A stretch of 64,000 nt of DNA, taken from IMG/VR virus record IMGVR_UViG_3300044972_002389, positions 62,001 through 126,000 of that record, one strand, 5' to 3'. The position numbers and the translations under genes are program-made. This document shows positions 17,369 to 26,475 of the stretch, one piece after another. The notes beneath the pieces are model-generated. The model did not search any database and had not been told where the DNA came from. It was given only the letters and a program-made list of their open reading frames with translations. Each line of letters begins with the position of its first letter. The stretch's first letter is position 1.

Positions 17369-18001
17369 GTGAGCCCTCTCTTTGGAACCTCTCTTGAAGA
17401 GAGGGCTCAACTCTTACGGTATAAGTCCTACCCTCCAACTTCACCGGCTTCTTGGAACTCACCAACAAGCACCCCCACTAGCACCTTAGTGTTCGTTACT
17501 GGCCATGTGTGTCTAGATTCAGTAGTGGACGACTTTCATGAAGTCGACAGCATAATTGAAGCTGAAGATTTGCTGTTTTCACAAGCAAACACTGTGGTGG
17601 AAAAATACGATGGATTGCCATTTGCACTCCGTAGACAGTCAACCTTATTAGGGCATCAAAATCGTCGAGGCTGTGGTAATCTCATTTTCACAACTCCGGA
17701 GATACGTGCCCAAATACCAGACAATCAACTGTATATTGATGACAGCAATTCCTGTAAACAAGTGGGCTGTTGGTACTCAGCAGGCGTGTTGCGCAAATTT
17801 GACAAACAAGGCAGTCAAATATTTGTTAGTGATCGGGTACCCGAGCACACTGCCTATGTGGCATACAAAGGTTCAAGTGATTTAGACAGCGTTGCACTCC
17901 TGTTCAAAAAAGAAGATCAAATGCGACTGTGGTGTCCCTTAAGAGTTGACATACCCGTGAGCATCGCTCACTATATTACAAAGGTTGTGTTTGACAACTG
18001 A
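17369..18001 (+). CDS. Truncated paralogue of the C-terminal part of a gp23-type major capsid protein
   Basis: RRGCGNLIFTTP, QVG, IFVS and AYVAYKGSSDLDSVALL echo the gp23-family segments I recall (RRGAGN..V.SP, VGTL, VYV, LIGYKGSSE.DA..FY); only 210 aa. Confidence 0.55.
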   Translation: MSPLFGTSLEERAQLLRYKSYPPTSPASWNSPTSTPTSTLVFVTGHVCLDSVVDDFHEVDSIIEAEDLLFSQANTVVEKYDGLPFALRRQSTLLGHQNRRGCGNLIFTTPEIRAQIPDNQLYIDDSNSCKQVGCWYSAGVLRKFDKQGSQIFVSDRVPEHTAYVAYKGSSDLDSVALLFKKEDQMRLWCPLRVDIPVSIAHYITKVVFDN

Positions 18002-18019
18002 CTCAATTGTGGAAAAATT

Positions 18020-18223
18020 ATGAAATCCCAAAAAACTCGAATATATGAGCCTACTGAACTCAAAACTTTATTTGAAGCATTGAACAGTGCACCACCTTGG
18101 CTAAGTCGAAGGTTCATACTCAAGAACATGATGGGTTGGACTGATGATGATTTGAAACAAAATGCCATCCTGGTTGACGAAGAGACAACACAACGCAAAA
18201 TGGGTAACAAAGGGAGTTATTGA
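18020..18223 (+). CDS. 67-aa protein resembling the C-terminal helix region of gp20-type portal proteins
   Basis: WLSRRFILKNMMGWTDDDLKQNAILVDEE resembles the portal C-terminal (Y/F)LS.RF.LK..LG.T.EE...N..L..EE. Confidence 0.5.
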   Translation: MKSQKTRIYEPTELKTLFEALNSAPPWLSRRFILKNMMGWTDDDLKQNAILVDEETTQRKMGNKGSY

Positions 18224-18978
18224 AAATGACAGCAACAGCTATTAAGGATGCAATTTCTGATCTTGCAAAGAACGTGATCAGTACTGGCTTTTACGAAAAA
18301 ATCAAGGTGTCTGGTGGCGCCAAAACCAGCACCATTGAGGCTATTGACAAAGACAAACAAGTGATTCTCAAGGCTGAAACTTTGCATCCTGTGGACGGCT
18401 GGGCTGGAGAATTTGGCCTTGCCAATCTAGGCTTGCTCAACAGCATTGTGAATGATTCCGAGTTTGCCCACAAAGACAGCAAGCTTGAACTAGTGCTTAC
18501 TGAGCGTGAAGGTGTAGACGTTCCCACTGAGATGCACTACACAAACAAGAGCAATAGTTTCATCAATTATCGCTTCCTAGCAAAAAACATGGTCCCAGAT
18601 CAACCCAAGTACATGGAACCACAGTGGGACGTGAAAATCAAACCCAGCAAAAGCAACATTCAACAGTTCAATTGGGCTGCTGGCAGTCTCAGCAGCTACG
18701 AGCAATACTTCATTCCCAAGACAGTTGATGGTAACCTCAAGTTTTTCATTGGAGATGAAGGTGCAGCTACTCAACGCGGCGGTGTAGTGTTTGCTACAGG
18801 GGTTACGGGCGAGTTTGAAAGCTCACACAAATGGCCTATTGCTCTTGTATCTGCACTTTTGAAGCTGGTTGATGGTGCTGATGCTGAAATGAGCTTCTCC
18901 GTCAAGGGTGCTATTCAGCTCAAGCTCAATACTGGCATTACCACATACAAGTATGTGCTGCCAGCAAAGCTGCGCTAA
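18220..18978 (+). CDS. DNA polymerase sliding clamp (gp45-like, jumbo-phage type)
   Basis: 252 aa; IEAIDKDKQVILKA, GEFGLANLG.LN and SVKGAIQLKLNTGITTYKYVLPA fit large-myovirus clamps; next to the polymerase. Confidence 0.7.
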   Translation: MKMTATAIKDAISDLAKNVISTGFYEKIKVSGGAKTSTIEAIDKDKQVILKAETLHPVDGWAGEFGLANLGLLNSIVNDSEFAHKDSKLELVLTEREGVDVPTEMHYTNKSNSFINYRFLAKNMVPDQPKYMEPQWDVKIKPSKSNIQQFNWAAGSLSSYEQYFIPKTVDGNLKFFIGDEGAATQRGGVVFATGVTGEFESSHKWPIALVSALLKLVDGADAEMSFSVKGAIQLKLNTGITTYKYVLPAKLR

Positions 18979-18988
18979 TAGGACACAG

Positions 18989-19014
18989 TGGGCACCCCAC
19001 AGTGCCCATTTTTT
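18989..19014 (+). terminator. Rho-independent terminator
   Basis: TGGGCAC-CCCACA-GTGCCCA followed by TTTTTT. Confidence 0.75.
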
Positions 19015-19025
19015 GGAGACTGCTT

Positions 19026-19556
19026 GTGCCAGTTGAACACGAACGCAAAATGCTCCTGCGACCTGAAAGCCCGCAGGAGCTACTACGACATTTGAAACGC
19101 CAACCCCTTGTGCAAACCTTTGAAATAACACAGGGTTATATCAACAAAAGTGCAAGAATTCGACATGTGGTACCACACAATGGTGATGCAGAAACGCATT
19201 GGTTCACTTTCAAAACCAAGGTTACTGGAAATACAGTGGAGATCGAAACAGAAATTTCAATCCACGACTATCACAAACTTTTCTTGATAGCTAAACCCGT
19301 AATCCACAAAACTCGCTGCAAGTTTCAAGAAGGGTTGAACTGTTGGGACGTGGATTTTTTCAAAAATCCCAAAAGCGGCGACATTTATTTGAGCATGGCA
19401 GAAGTGGAAATGCCAGAATTTGAGTTAGACCTTCCTGAGGTTCATCCTCTCTTACAGGAGAATTTTTGGCGCTGGATTGACGCAAACGACAAGAGGTTTC
19501 AGAACAAGAATCTTAGTAACTATAAAAAAGTTTTGATGAACCTGAAAGGTCTATAA
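19026..19556 (+). CDS. CYTH-domain protein (adenylate cyclase/triphosphatase-like)
   Basis: EHERK, ITQGY, ARIR, EIETEI, IHKTR, WDVDFF, MAEVE; GTG start after ggag SD. Confidence 0.85.
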   Translation: MPVEHERKMLLRPESPQELLRHLKRQPLVQTFEITQGYINKSARIRHVVPHNGDAETHWFTFKTKVTGNTVEIETEISIHDYHKLFLIAKPVIHKTRCKFQEGLNCWDVDFFKNPKSGDIYLSMAEVEMPEFELDLPEVHPLLQENFWRWIDANDKRFQNKNLSNYKKVLMNLKGL

Positions 19557-20344
19557 TGCCAAACAGCAAATATCGTAGCATCTTCATAAGCGATACGCAT
19601 CTTGGTAGTCGTGCATGCCAAGCTGAGCTACTTGTGGAGTTTTTGAAACACAACTCCTGCCAAAATCTATACCTCGTTGGTGACATATTTGATTTGTGGA
19701 AATTGAAAAGCAGCAAATTCTGGCCACAAACACATAGCAATGTGGTTCGAAGAATTCTCACTGCGGCCAAGAGAGGCACACAGGTGAGATATGTTTTAGG
19801 TAATCATGATGAGTACCTTCGAGCATGGATTCCAGACATACACACTTTTGGCAACATTGAGCTGGGCAATGCCTTTGAACATCACTCTGTTCATGGGCAG
19901 AGATTTTTGGTAACACACGGTGATTTGTTTGACGGTGTAATTCGATATCACAAATGGCTTAGCTTGATGGGCGACAAAGCACACAGTTTTTTACTGTGGT
20001 TGAACACACATTTGAATCATATGCGCCGGTTTTTTGGAAAAGATTATTGGAGTCTAAGTTCATACCTTAAAACAAACACGAAACAAGCTGTTGCATTTAT
20101 CACCAAATACGAGCAACATGTAGTACAATATGCTCGGGACGAAGCATTTCATGGAGTAATTTGTGGCCATATTCATTCTCCATCGTTGAAAACGTTTGAG
20201 GATGGGTTTGTGTATATGAATTGTGGTGATTTTTGTGAAACTGTGTCAGCTTTGGTTGAAAACTTTGATGGCTCAATAGAGCTACTGGTTTACGACACTG
20301 AAACAAAAAGTATGATGACGAAAAACACATGGAGCCTTGAATGA
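19556..20344 (+). CDS. LpxH-like metallophosphoesterase, resembling the PlcP phospholipase C clade
   Basis: YRSIFISDTHLG.R.CQAE, LYLVGDIFD.W, GNHDE, HGD.FD, ICGHIH, YMNCGDFCE; directly upstream of an Agt-like GT4. Confidence 0.85.
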   Translation: MPNSKYRSIFISDTHLGSRACQAELLVEFLKHNSCQNLYLVGDIFDLWKLKSSKFWPQTHSNVVRRILTAAKRGTQVRYVLGNHDEYLRAWIPDIHTFGNIELGNAFEHHSVHGQRFLVTHGDLFDGVIRYHKWLSLMGDKAHSFLLWLNTHLNHMRRFFGKDYWSLSSYLKTNTKQAVAFITKYEQHVVQYARDEAFHGVICGHIHSPSLKTFEDGFVYMNCGDFCETVSALVENFDGSIELLVYDTETKSMMTKNTWSLE

Positions 20345-21333
20345 GACTTGTGATTGTTGATGACAACTGCCAAGACCAAGTGAATGGTGTTGTAACTACA
20401 ATGAATGCAGTGAAAAAACAAATGTTTTCTCGAGGCATACAGAATCTCATTCACATCACTCCTGATCAAATGATGTCTATGCCTGCATTGGTATATCCAG
20501 GTGCTCGCATACCATTGAATTTTTGGAATTTGAAAAAAAGAATAGAGGCGTATGAACCCACACACTTGCACATTTGTACAGAAGGTGTGCTGGGCTTAAC
20601 TGCTAGGCAATTTTTTCAAAACAAAAATTGGCGCTACACAACTAGCTTTCACACAAGATGGGATCACTATCTCAAGGAAAAATTTGGTGTGCCGGCCCTC
20701 AAAACCATGAGGTATCTCAAATGGTTTCATCAAAATAGTGCAGCAACTTTGGTCAACACTCCTACTATGCAAAGAGAGATGGTGTCGCTTGGCCTGTCTC
20801 AAGCCATCACATGGTCACGGGGAGTCAACACCCAACTGTTTCAATTTAATGACCGCAAGTGTGACACCAAGCCCACATTGTTGAGTGTTGGTCGAATCAG
20901 TGCTGAGAAAAATTTAGAGGTGTTTTGTAGCCTATCAGCAGAAAAATACAATCTAGTGTGTGTTGGTGATGGCCCTGATCTCAAGCGGTTACAGAACAAA
21001 TACCCCTGGGTGACATTTACTGGGCAATTGAGCGGTAAGCAACTGGTACAGCAGTTCCAAAATGCTGACTGCTTTGTTTTCACCAGCAAAAGTGACACGT
21101 TTGGGTTGGTTATGATTGAAAGCATGAGTGTTGGTACTCCTGTTGCAGCATTTCCTGTGCAGGGTCCAATAGATGTTGTAGATGATGGGGTGACTGGTGT
21201 GCTAAATGAGGATATTCAGACAGCTATCTCGCAATGTTTGACATTGAGTCGAAAAACTGTTTTTGAAGGCAGCAAGCGATGGAGTTGGGAAAAAACAACT
21301 GATATCTTTGTTGATACGCTGGTACCCAAATGA
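20341..21333 (+). CDS. GT4 glycosyltransferase, resembling Agt glycolipid synthases
   Basis: QVNGVVTT, HICTEG.LG, TTSFHTR, SRGV, VGRISAEKNL, VGDGP, DTFGLVMIESM..GTPVAAFP. Confidence 0.88.
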   Translation: MRLVIVDDNCQDQVNGVVTTMNAVKKQMFSRGIQNLIHITPDQMMSMPALVYPGARIPLNFWNLKKRIEAYEPTHLHICTEGVLGLTARQFFQNKNWRYTTSFHTRWDHYLKEKFGVPALKTMRYLKWFHQNSAATLVNTPTMQREMVSLGLSQAITWSRGVNTQLFQFNDRKCDTKPTLLSVGRISAEKNLEVFCSLSAEKYNLVCVGDGPDLKRLQNKYPWVTFTGQLSGKQLVQQFQNADCFVFTSKSDTFGLVMIESMSVGTPVAAFPVQGPIDVVDDGVTGVLNEDIQTAISQCLTLSRKTVFEGSKRWSWEKTTDIFVDTLVPK

Positions 21334-21557
21334 AACATAAAAAAACCATTCCATCAAATTTTCCCACTCTCAAATGTGTTGCATGCGGCACAAGCTGTGA
21401 GCCTTACAGGAAATACGTTTGTGACAATGATGGGGCAGTAGTCCATACTCAAAGTGACATTTGGCCAGAATATTTCCGTGACATGGGGACCACCCGTATT
21501 GAGTTTTGTAGTGCACAATGTGGCCTCAAATATTGCACAGTAAATCAATTGGTGTAG
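21330..21557 (+). CDS. Small Cys-rich (zinc-binding-like) protein
   Basis: CVAC near the N-terminus and EFCSAQC near the C-terminus. Confidence 0.55.
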   Translation: MKHKKTIPSNFPTLKCVACGTSCEPYRKYVCDNDGAVVHTQSDIWPEYFRDMGTTRIEFCSAQCGLKYCTVNQLV

Positions 21558-21613
21558 CGGTTGATTTAGCTGACTACAGCATATAATCTGAACACATAAC
21601 AAAGAGAGAAATA

Positions 21614-21985
21614 ATGACAGAACCAACTACAAGAAAAATCTACGTGACTTTTCAACGTGAAGGGATTCACAAGTATCCAGCAGCTGGAACTGACCCCTCC
21701 CTTGCAGATGTAAATTTTCTTCAATATCCGCATAGGCACATGTTTCATTTCAAGGTTGGAATTGGCGTCAATCACCTAGACCGAGACATTGAATTTATCA
21801 TTTTCAAGCGTTGGCTGGAAAGTCTCTATGGTGATGGTGTGATCCAACTGGATTTCAAAAGCTGCGAGATGATCGCCGAAGACCTCTACGCCCAAATCTC
21901 TGCTCGCTATCCAGGTCGTGCAGTGAGCATTGACGTTAGTGAAGATGGTGAGAATGGGGCTGTGCTAGCCTGGGACGCTGCATAA
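21614..21985 (+). CDS. T-fold QueD paralogue with LxxxHRHxF signature (DpdL-like)
   Basis: FLQYPHRHMFHF, DRDIEFI, SCEMIA and VSEDGENGA; lacks the canonical QueD C-x3-HGH motif; two genes upstream of dpdA. Confidence 0.8.
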   Translation: MTEPTTRKIYVTFQREGIHKYPAAGTDPSLADVNFLQYPHRHMFHFKVGIGVNHLDRDIEFIIFKRWLESLYGDGVIQLDFKSCEMIAEDLYAQISARYPGRAVSIDVSEDGENGAVLAWDAA

Positions 21986-22000
21986 CCACCAAGGATTGCT

Positions 22001-22062
22001 ATACAAAGTATTTGAGCGCCAGGAGATCGAGATAGGATTGTGCTGGCTCAAATACTTTGTAT
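22001..22062. repeat. Perfect 17-bp inverted repeat with a 28-nt spacer
   Basis: ATACAAAGTATTTGAGC (22001-17) and GCTCAAATACTTTGTAT (22046-62). Confidence 0.9.
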
Positions 22063-22155
22063 TGGCGATAACCTTATAATTTTCAATGCTATAATTGTCA
22101 AAAACTCCTGTGGTTTATATACTATCTCTATTAGAGAATATTTGAAGGATCAAAA

Positions 22156-23244
22156 ATGCCCAATGTATTTGTATGGCCTATCGAGCCATTGGATAATCGC
22201 TACACCCAACAATGGTATCACGAGATTCCGTTGCGGCTCCAAGAAATAGTTGGAAATGCAGCAAAAGTAATCCAACTTGATGGGGTCCAAAACACTACAA
22301 GCACCACATCTGGTGCATTTTTGAATTTCAGCGACACCAACAGATGGAAAAGCACTCAACTGGTTGAGTTTCTCAACAAACATGATGCTGGAGAAACAAC
22401 TCCAAATGATGTGCATTTGTTCACTGACGCTTGGAATCCAGTGATTCTGCAAGTCAAGTATATGAATGATCTCATGGGATATAATTGGAACATACAAGGT
22501 TACTGGCATGCTGGAGCATACGATCCCACTGATATCCTTGGATATAAAATGAGCAAACCGTGGCCCTGGCTAGCTGAGCAGGCACTGTTTCATGCCTGCG
22601 ATGAGAATTGGTATGCAACAGATTTTCATAAAAAAATGTTTTTGAGCAATCTGGGCATCAGCAATGAATATCATCACAAAGCCAAAACTAGTGGGCAACC
22701 ACACTCTGCTATTGTCAAACAAATGCAAGATATTATGCAGGACAGCCGAGAGAGGAAACAGGGCGTTATTTGGCCACACCGTTACAATCCAGATAAGCAG
22801 CCTGAAATTGCTGAAGATCTCTCCAACAGCATGAAACAGCCTTGGTGTATTACACAAAAAATGAATCTCAACAAAAGCAGTTATTACGAAAAGCTGGCTG
22901 ACTGCCAAGTAATTTTTTCCTGTAGCTTGCATGAAAACTTGGGCATCAGTGTAATGGAAGCTGTGCTGGCAGATGTGATCCCAGTGCTGCCCAATCGGTG
23001 CAGCTACAGCGAAATGTATCATCCTGATTTTCTCTATCCCAGCAACTGGACTCAAGATTGGGAAAGTTATCAAACACACAAACAACAATTGACTGAATTT
23101 ATTCAGTACAGATTGAATCACCCCAAAAAGTTCAGTAGGCAGTTGGAAAAGCAAAAGAAAGTGCTCTTACAAAAATATCTTTCAGCTAGCGTAATGTTTG
23201 AAAACATCAGCAACACAGTTGCTAGATCAACCACAGTAAAGTAA
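22156..23244 (+). CDS. GT-B fold glycosyltransferase within the deazaguanine cluster
   Basis: LFTDAWNP, YWHAGAYDP, WPHRY.PDKQPE and SLHENLGISVMEA (E-x7-E) with PVLP...SY.EM. Confidence 0.8.
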   Translation: MPNVFVWPIEPLDNRYTQQWYHEIPLRLQEIVGNAAKVIQLDGVQNTTSTTSGAFLNFSDTNRWKSTQLVEFLNKHDAGETTPNDVHLFTDAWNPVILQVKYMNDLMGYNWNIQGYWHAGAYDPTDILGYKMSKPWPWLAEQALFHACDENWYATDFHKKMFLSNLGISNEYHHKAKTSGQPHSAIVKQMQDIMQDSRERKQGVIWPHRYNPDKQPEIAEDLSNSMKQPWCITQKMNLNKSSYYEKLADCQVIFSCSLHENLGISVMEAVLADVIPVLPNRCSYSEMYHPDFLYPSNWTQDWESYQTHKQQLTEFIQYRLNHPKKFSRQLEKQKKVLLQKYLSASVMFENISNTVARSTTVK

Positions 23245-23253
23245 GATATATCT

Positions 23254-24912
23254 ATGACAAAACTTTCCAGCCCCAACCCACATTTGAAAAAAATTGATCA
23301 AAACATGCAACCTGTGGTGGGTAGAGACATGTGGACCACCAACAAGGACTATGCTATTTTTCTTCCTTCAATCTCAGCGATCTATGTGCGACTAGTAAGT
23401 CAGCCCAACGCTCGCACAGTCAAGGGGCTGCCGGGTGGATTGCAGGATTTGGACTTTCTGCAAACCAATACCAACTTATTTTATTATCCCACTGCACTCT
23501 ACAGCAGCGGTCACAGTTATTGGGATCCTGCTCAAAGTGATATCCAAGAAGCTATGGTGCAAAAGCGAGACAAAAACGCCTCAGTAATTGTGGGCGACAG
23601 TGGTGGTTATCAGATTGCTACTGGCGTTCTCAAATGGCCTTGGCAGAAAAAAGAAAAGCAAACTGATCAAGACTGGATGAAGGACAAAGACGCCATTAGG
23701 ATGAAAATCCTACGCTGGCTTGAACACACTTGTGACTACAGTATGGTATTAGATGTCCCCACAGGCAGCTTGTTGAAGTTTGGTAACGATCCCATCACAG
23801 GTGAGAACCTACATCCTGGGGTTAAGAACTTTAGAGACTGTCTTGAAAGCAGTATGGAGAATCACAACTTTTTCATCAAAAATCGTCGGGAAGGTAGTAC
23901 ACAATTTTTGAATGTGTTGCAGGGGCGCAATCAAGAAGAAGGTGACATTTGGTGGGACGTTGTGAAAGATCTTCCTTTTGAAACCTGGGCATTCAGTAAT
24001 GTGCAAGCCAGCAACTTTGCTATAAATCTCCGTCGGATCATTATCATGCGAGATGGCAAGTATTTGGATAACAGAGATTGGATCCATTATCTAGGCAATG
24101 GCAAAATCAAGGCAGGCTGCGCTCTTACTACACTTCAACGAGTGTGGAGAAAGCACATCAACGAGCGTACAACTCTCAGTTACGATGCAGCAAGTCCTTT
24201 TGTGAACGTAGCAAAAGGCAACATCTACTACAGTTGGGAAGTAAGTCCGCAAAGCATTGCATATAAAAACAACTCGTTGCCAGACAAAAAAGAGCTTAAG
24301 GGCAGTCAAGAACTGTTTCAAGACTGGATCAATCGCCACAATCAAAAACATGCTGTTCGCGAAAGCAGCATTGGCAAGCGGATCACCATTGGTGATATCT
24401 GTGTCAAAGGTTATGAAGATCTCAATTTCAAAAAACAAGCTTTTTCACAAAAAGAGTTTGAAAGCTTGTTGTATCAACAAAGCTTGGAAGGCGTTCATGG
24501 CGAGAAGTTTCGCTACAGTGATGAATACAAACATTATCTTATGCATGAGCACACTGACCACGGCAGCGGCATGTTTGATTGGGGCAAGAAAGAGTTTAAG
24601 GACCATGAAAAGTATCAGGTCAAATGGCCCAGCAGCATGGATGGTCTCAGCTATGTGCTGGGCATGAGCCACAATGTTGAGCTTCATATTGAAGCTATTC
24701 AACATGCATGTGCAATGCAAGACCTGCCAATGGAGGAGAGGAAACATCACATCAGCGAAGACTTGATTGAATTTGCTGGGGGACTTTGTGAAGAGATCTT
24801 CACTAGTGAAAAACCCATGCAACTGATTGAAAAACATTCTGCTATGTTAGCCAAAATCACAGGAATGAACGCTGATAACAACATTGTCATGGATTTTGAT
24901 GAATTTGAATAG
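23254..24912 (+). CDS. dpdA: DpdA-like DNA base-exchange transglycosylase (TGT fold)
   Basis: TGT motifs IVGDSGGYQI, MVLDVP, NVLQG, IHYLG, SYDAASPF; next to folE and a T-fold gene. Confidence 0.8.
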   Translation: MTKLSSPNPHLKKIDQNMQPVVGRDMWTTNKDYAIFLPSISAIYVRLVSQPNARTVKGLPGGLQDLDFLQTNTNLFYYPTALYSSGHSYWDPAQSDIQEAMVQKRDKNASVIVGDSGGYQIATGVLKWPWQKKEKQTDQDWMKDKDAIRMKILRWLEHTCDYSMVLDVPTGSLLKFGNDPITGENLHPGVKNFRDCLESSMENHNFFIKNRREGSTQFLNVLQGRNQEEGDIWWDVVKDLPFETWAFSNVQASNFAINLRRIIIMRDGKYLDNRDWIHYLGNGKIKAGCALTTLQRVWRKHINERTTLSYDAASPFVNVAKGNIYYSWEVSPQSIAYKNNSLPDKKELKGSQELFQDWINRHNQKHAVRESSIGKRITIGDICVKGYEDLNFKKQAFSQKEFESLLYQQSLEGVHGEKFRYSDEYKHYLMHEHTDHGSGMFDWGKKEFKDHEKYQVKWPSSMDGLSYVLGMSHNVELHIEAIQHACAMQDLPMEERKHHISEDLIEFAGGLCEEIFTSEKPMQLIEKHSAMLAKITGMNADNNIVMDFDEFE

Positions 24913-24932
24913 CAATAACACAATTTTTGTGT

Positions 24933-24940
24933 TATAAATA
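24933..24940 (+). promoter_or_regulatory. T4-type late promoter TATAAATA upstream of folE
   Basis: Exact consensus, followed by a 75-nt structured leader. Confidence 0.7.
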
Positions 24941-25015
24941 GTCTGCTACATTACGGTAGCAAATTGGTGGAAACACCCGTTGTGCATAAACGACAGATGC
25001 TTTGAAAGGAAAGAT

Positions 25016-25696
25016 ATGAGCTATAATCGCACAAAATGTGATCCTGAACTGGGTCGCAAAGTACATGAATACCTAGTTTCCAAAGGGGTTGAAACCCCAA
25101 CAGTGGAAAATTCCCTAAGCCGCACAGACAAAATTGATATTATTGAACGCAAGTTCAAGGACATCATGGAAACAATGGGCTTGAATCTATCAGATGATAG
25201 TTTGGCTGAAACGCCGACACGAGTGGCTCGCATGTTTATCCAGGAACTTTTTTGGGGTCTTGATTGGGAAGCTTTCCCCAAGTGCACCACTGTTGCCAAC
25301 AAAATGGGCTATGATGAAATGGTGTGTGAACGAAATGTCACTGTCAAAAGTGCCTGCGAACATCACTTCATTGTGATTGATGGTGTAGCAACTGTGGCTT
25401 ATATTCCCAAAGAAAAGGTATTGGGCCTAAGCAAGATCAATCGAATTGTCGAATACTTTAGCCGCCGACCACAAATTCAAGAGCGTTTGACTGAGCAGAT
25501 CTTTCATGCAATGGAATATATCCTGGAAACCGATAGCATTGCTGTCGTCATTCACGGCAAGCACTATTGCGTAAGTCATCGTGGCGTTGAAGATGATTGC
25601 AGCAGCACAGTTACCAGCAAGCTGGGTGGTGCGTTCAAACAGGATCCCAGTGCTCGTGCTGAATTTATGAAGATGGTTGACTTGACCTCTCTCTAA
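25016..25696 (+). CDS. folE: GTP cyclohydrolase I
   Basis: LAETPTRVARMF, VKSACEHHF, GLSKINRIVEYFSRRPQIQERLT, HYCVSHRGV, RAEF; aaggaaag SD. Confidence 0.95.
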   Translation: MSYNRTKCDPELGRKVHEYLVSKGVETPTVENSLSRTDKIDIIERKFKDIMETMGLNLSDDSLAETPTRVARMFIQELFWGLDWEAFPKCTTVANKMGYDEMVCERNVTVKSACEHHFIVIDGVATVAYIPKEKVLGLSKINRIVEYFSRRPQIQERLTEQIFHAMEYILETDSIAVVIHGKHYCVSHRGVEDDCSSTVTSKLGGAFKQDPSARAEFMKMVDLTSL

Positions 25697-25735
25697 TACA
25701 ACAGTTATTGTAACAGAGAATTTTTAGGTCAAAAT

Positions 25736-26020
25736 ATGAAAATCATCAACAGTAGATATAGAGAGTGGAATGTGTTGCCCGAGAGTGTTCGGGCAATACT
25801 CATTCACAATCAATTACTCCTTAGCTTCGAAGAGCTTTACAAGCCATCCAACCAACGTTATGAACCCAGTTATGAACTGTTGTTCAATTGGTGTGTGGAA
25901 AATTGCACCAATATTTGGTCCACAGAAAAAATCAGCTATGAGAGTTTTCGGTTCAGTTTTTGGGCTGTGGAAGATCAAGCTCGTTTTATAGAGTTTTTGC
26001 AATCGCCCAGAGGTTCCTGA
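25736..26020 (+). CDS. Small hypothetical protein, probably of the 'F..E.D...F' family
   Basis: LFNWCVENC...FSFWAVEDQARFIEFL. Confidence 0.55.
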   Translation: MKIINSRYREWNVLPESVRAILIHNQLLLSFEELYKPSNQRYEPSYELLFNWCVENCTNIWSTEKISYESFRFSFWAVEDQARFIEFLQSPRGS

Positions 26021-26475
26021 TGGCCTCTAATATTTTTAAGGTAACCAGTGTCTGTCAAGGCAGTGTAACCGGTATCACAGTGAATAACCTTGGATCAGGT
26101 TACACGGTTGGTACGTTACTGACATTTGGTAGCAGTAATGCCAGGCCTACTCAAGCATTGCGAGTTGACAATGACTATGGCGAAACCATCTTAAGCATCA
26201 GCATACAAGGTGAGGTCACTTGGCATCAAAACCATCCCACTAAGGCAGCATCTAAGTTGGTAGACAGTTTGCAGAACTGCATTGACATAAAAGCCGCTGG
26301 GGAAGTAGCTATAGCAAGAAGTTATCTACAAGGGGTTAAAAAGTGTTTGAGGATAGCTAAACAAGTTTCCCATGAGGACCTGATTAGGCCATTGGAAACA
26401 GAAGTTGAGCATAGAGAAGGGAAACTCACTTGGCAGGCGTTAAACAACAGTTTGGAGAATCAAAATGACACATGA
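26020..26475 (+). CDS. Hypothetical protein
   Basis: ATG overlaps the previous stop as TGATG; the N-terminal VTGITVNNLGSGYT resembles a repeat motif of phage structural proteins. Confidence 0.6.
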   Translation: MASNIFKVTSVCQGSVTGITVNNLGSGYTVGTLLTFGSSNARPTQALRVDNDYGETILSISIQGEVTWHQNHPTKAASKLVDSLQNCIDIKAAGEVAIARSYLQGVKKCLRIAKQVSHEDLIRPLETEVEHREGKLTWQALNNSLENQNDT

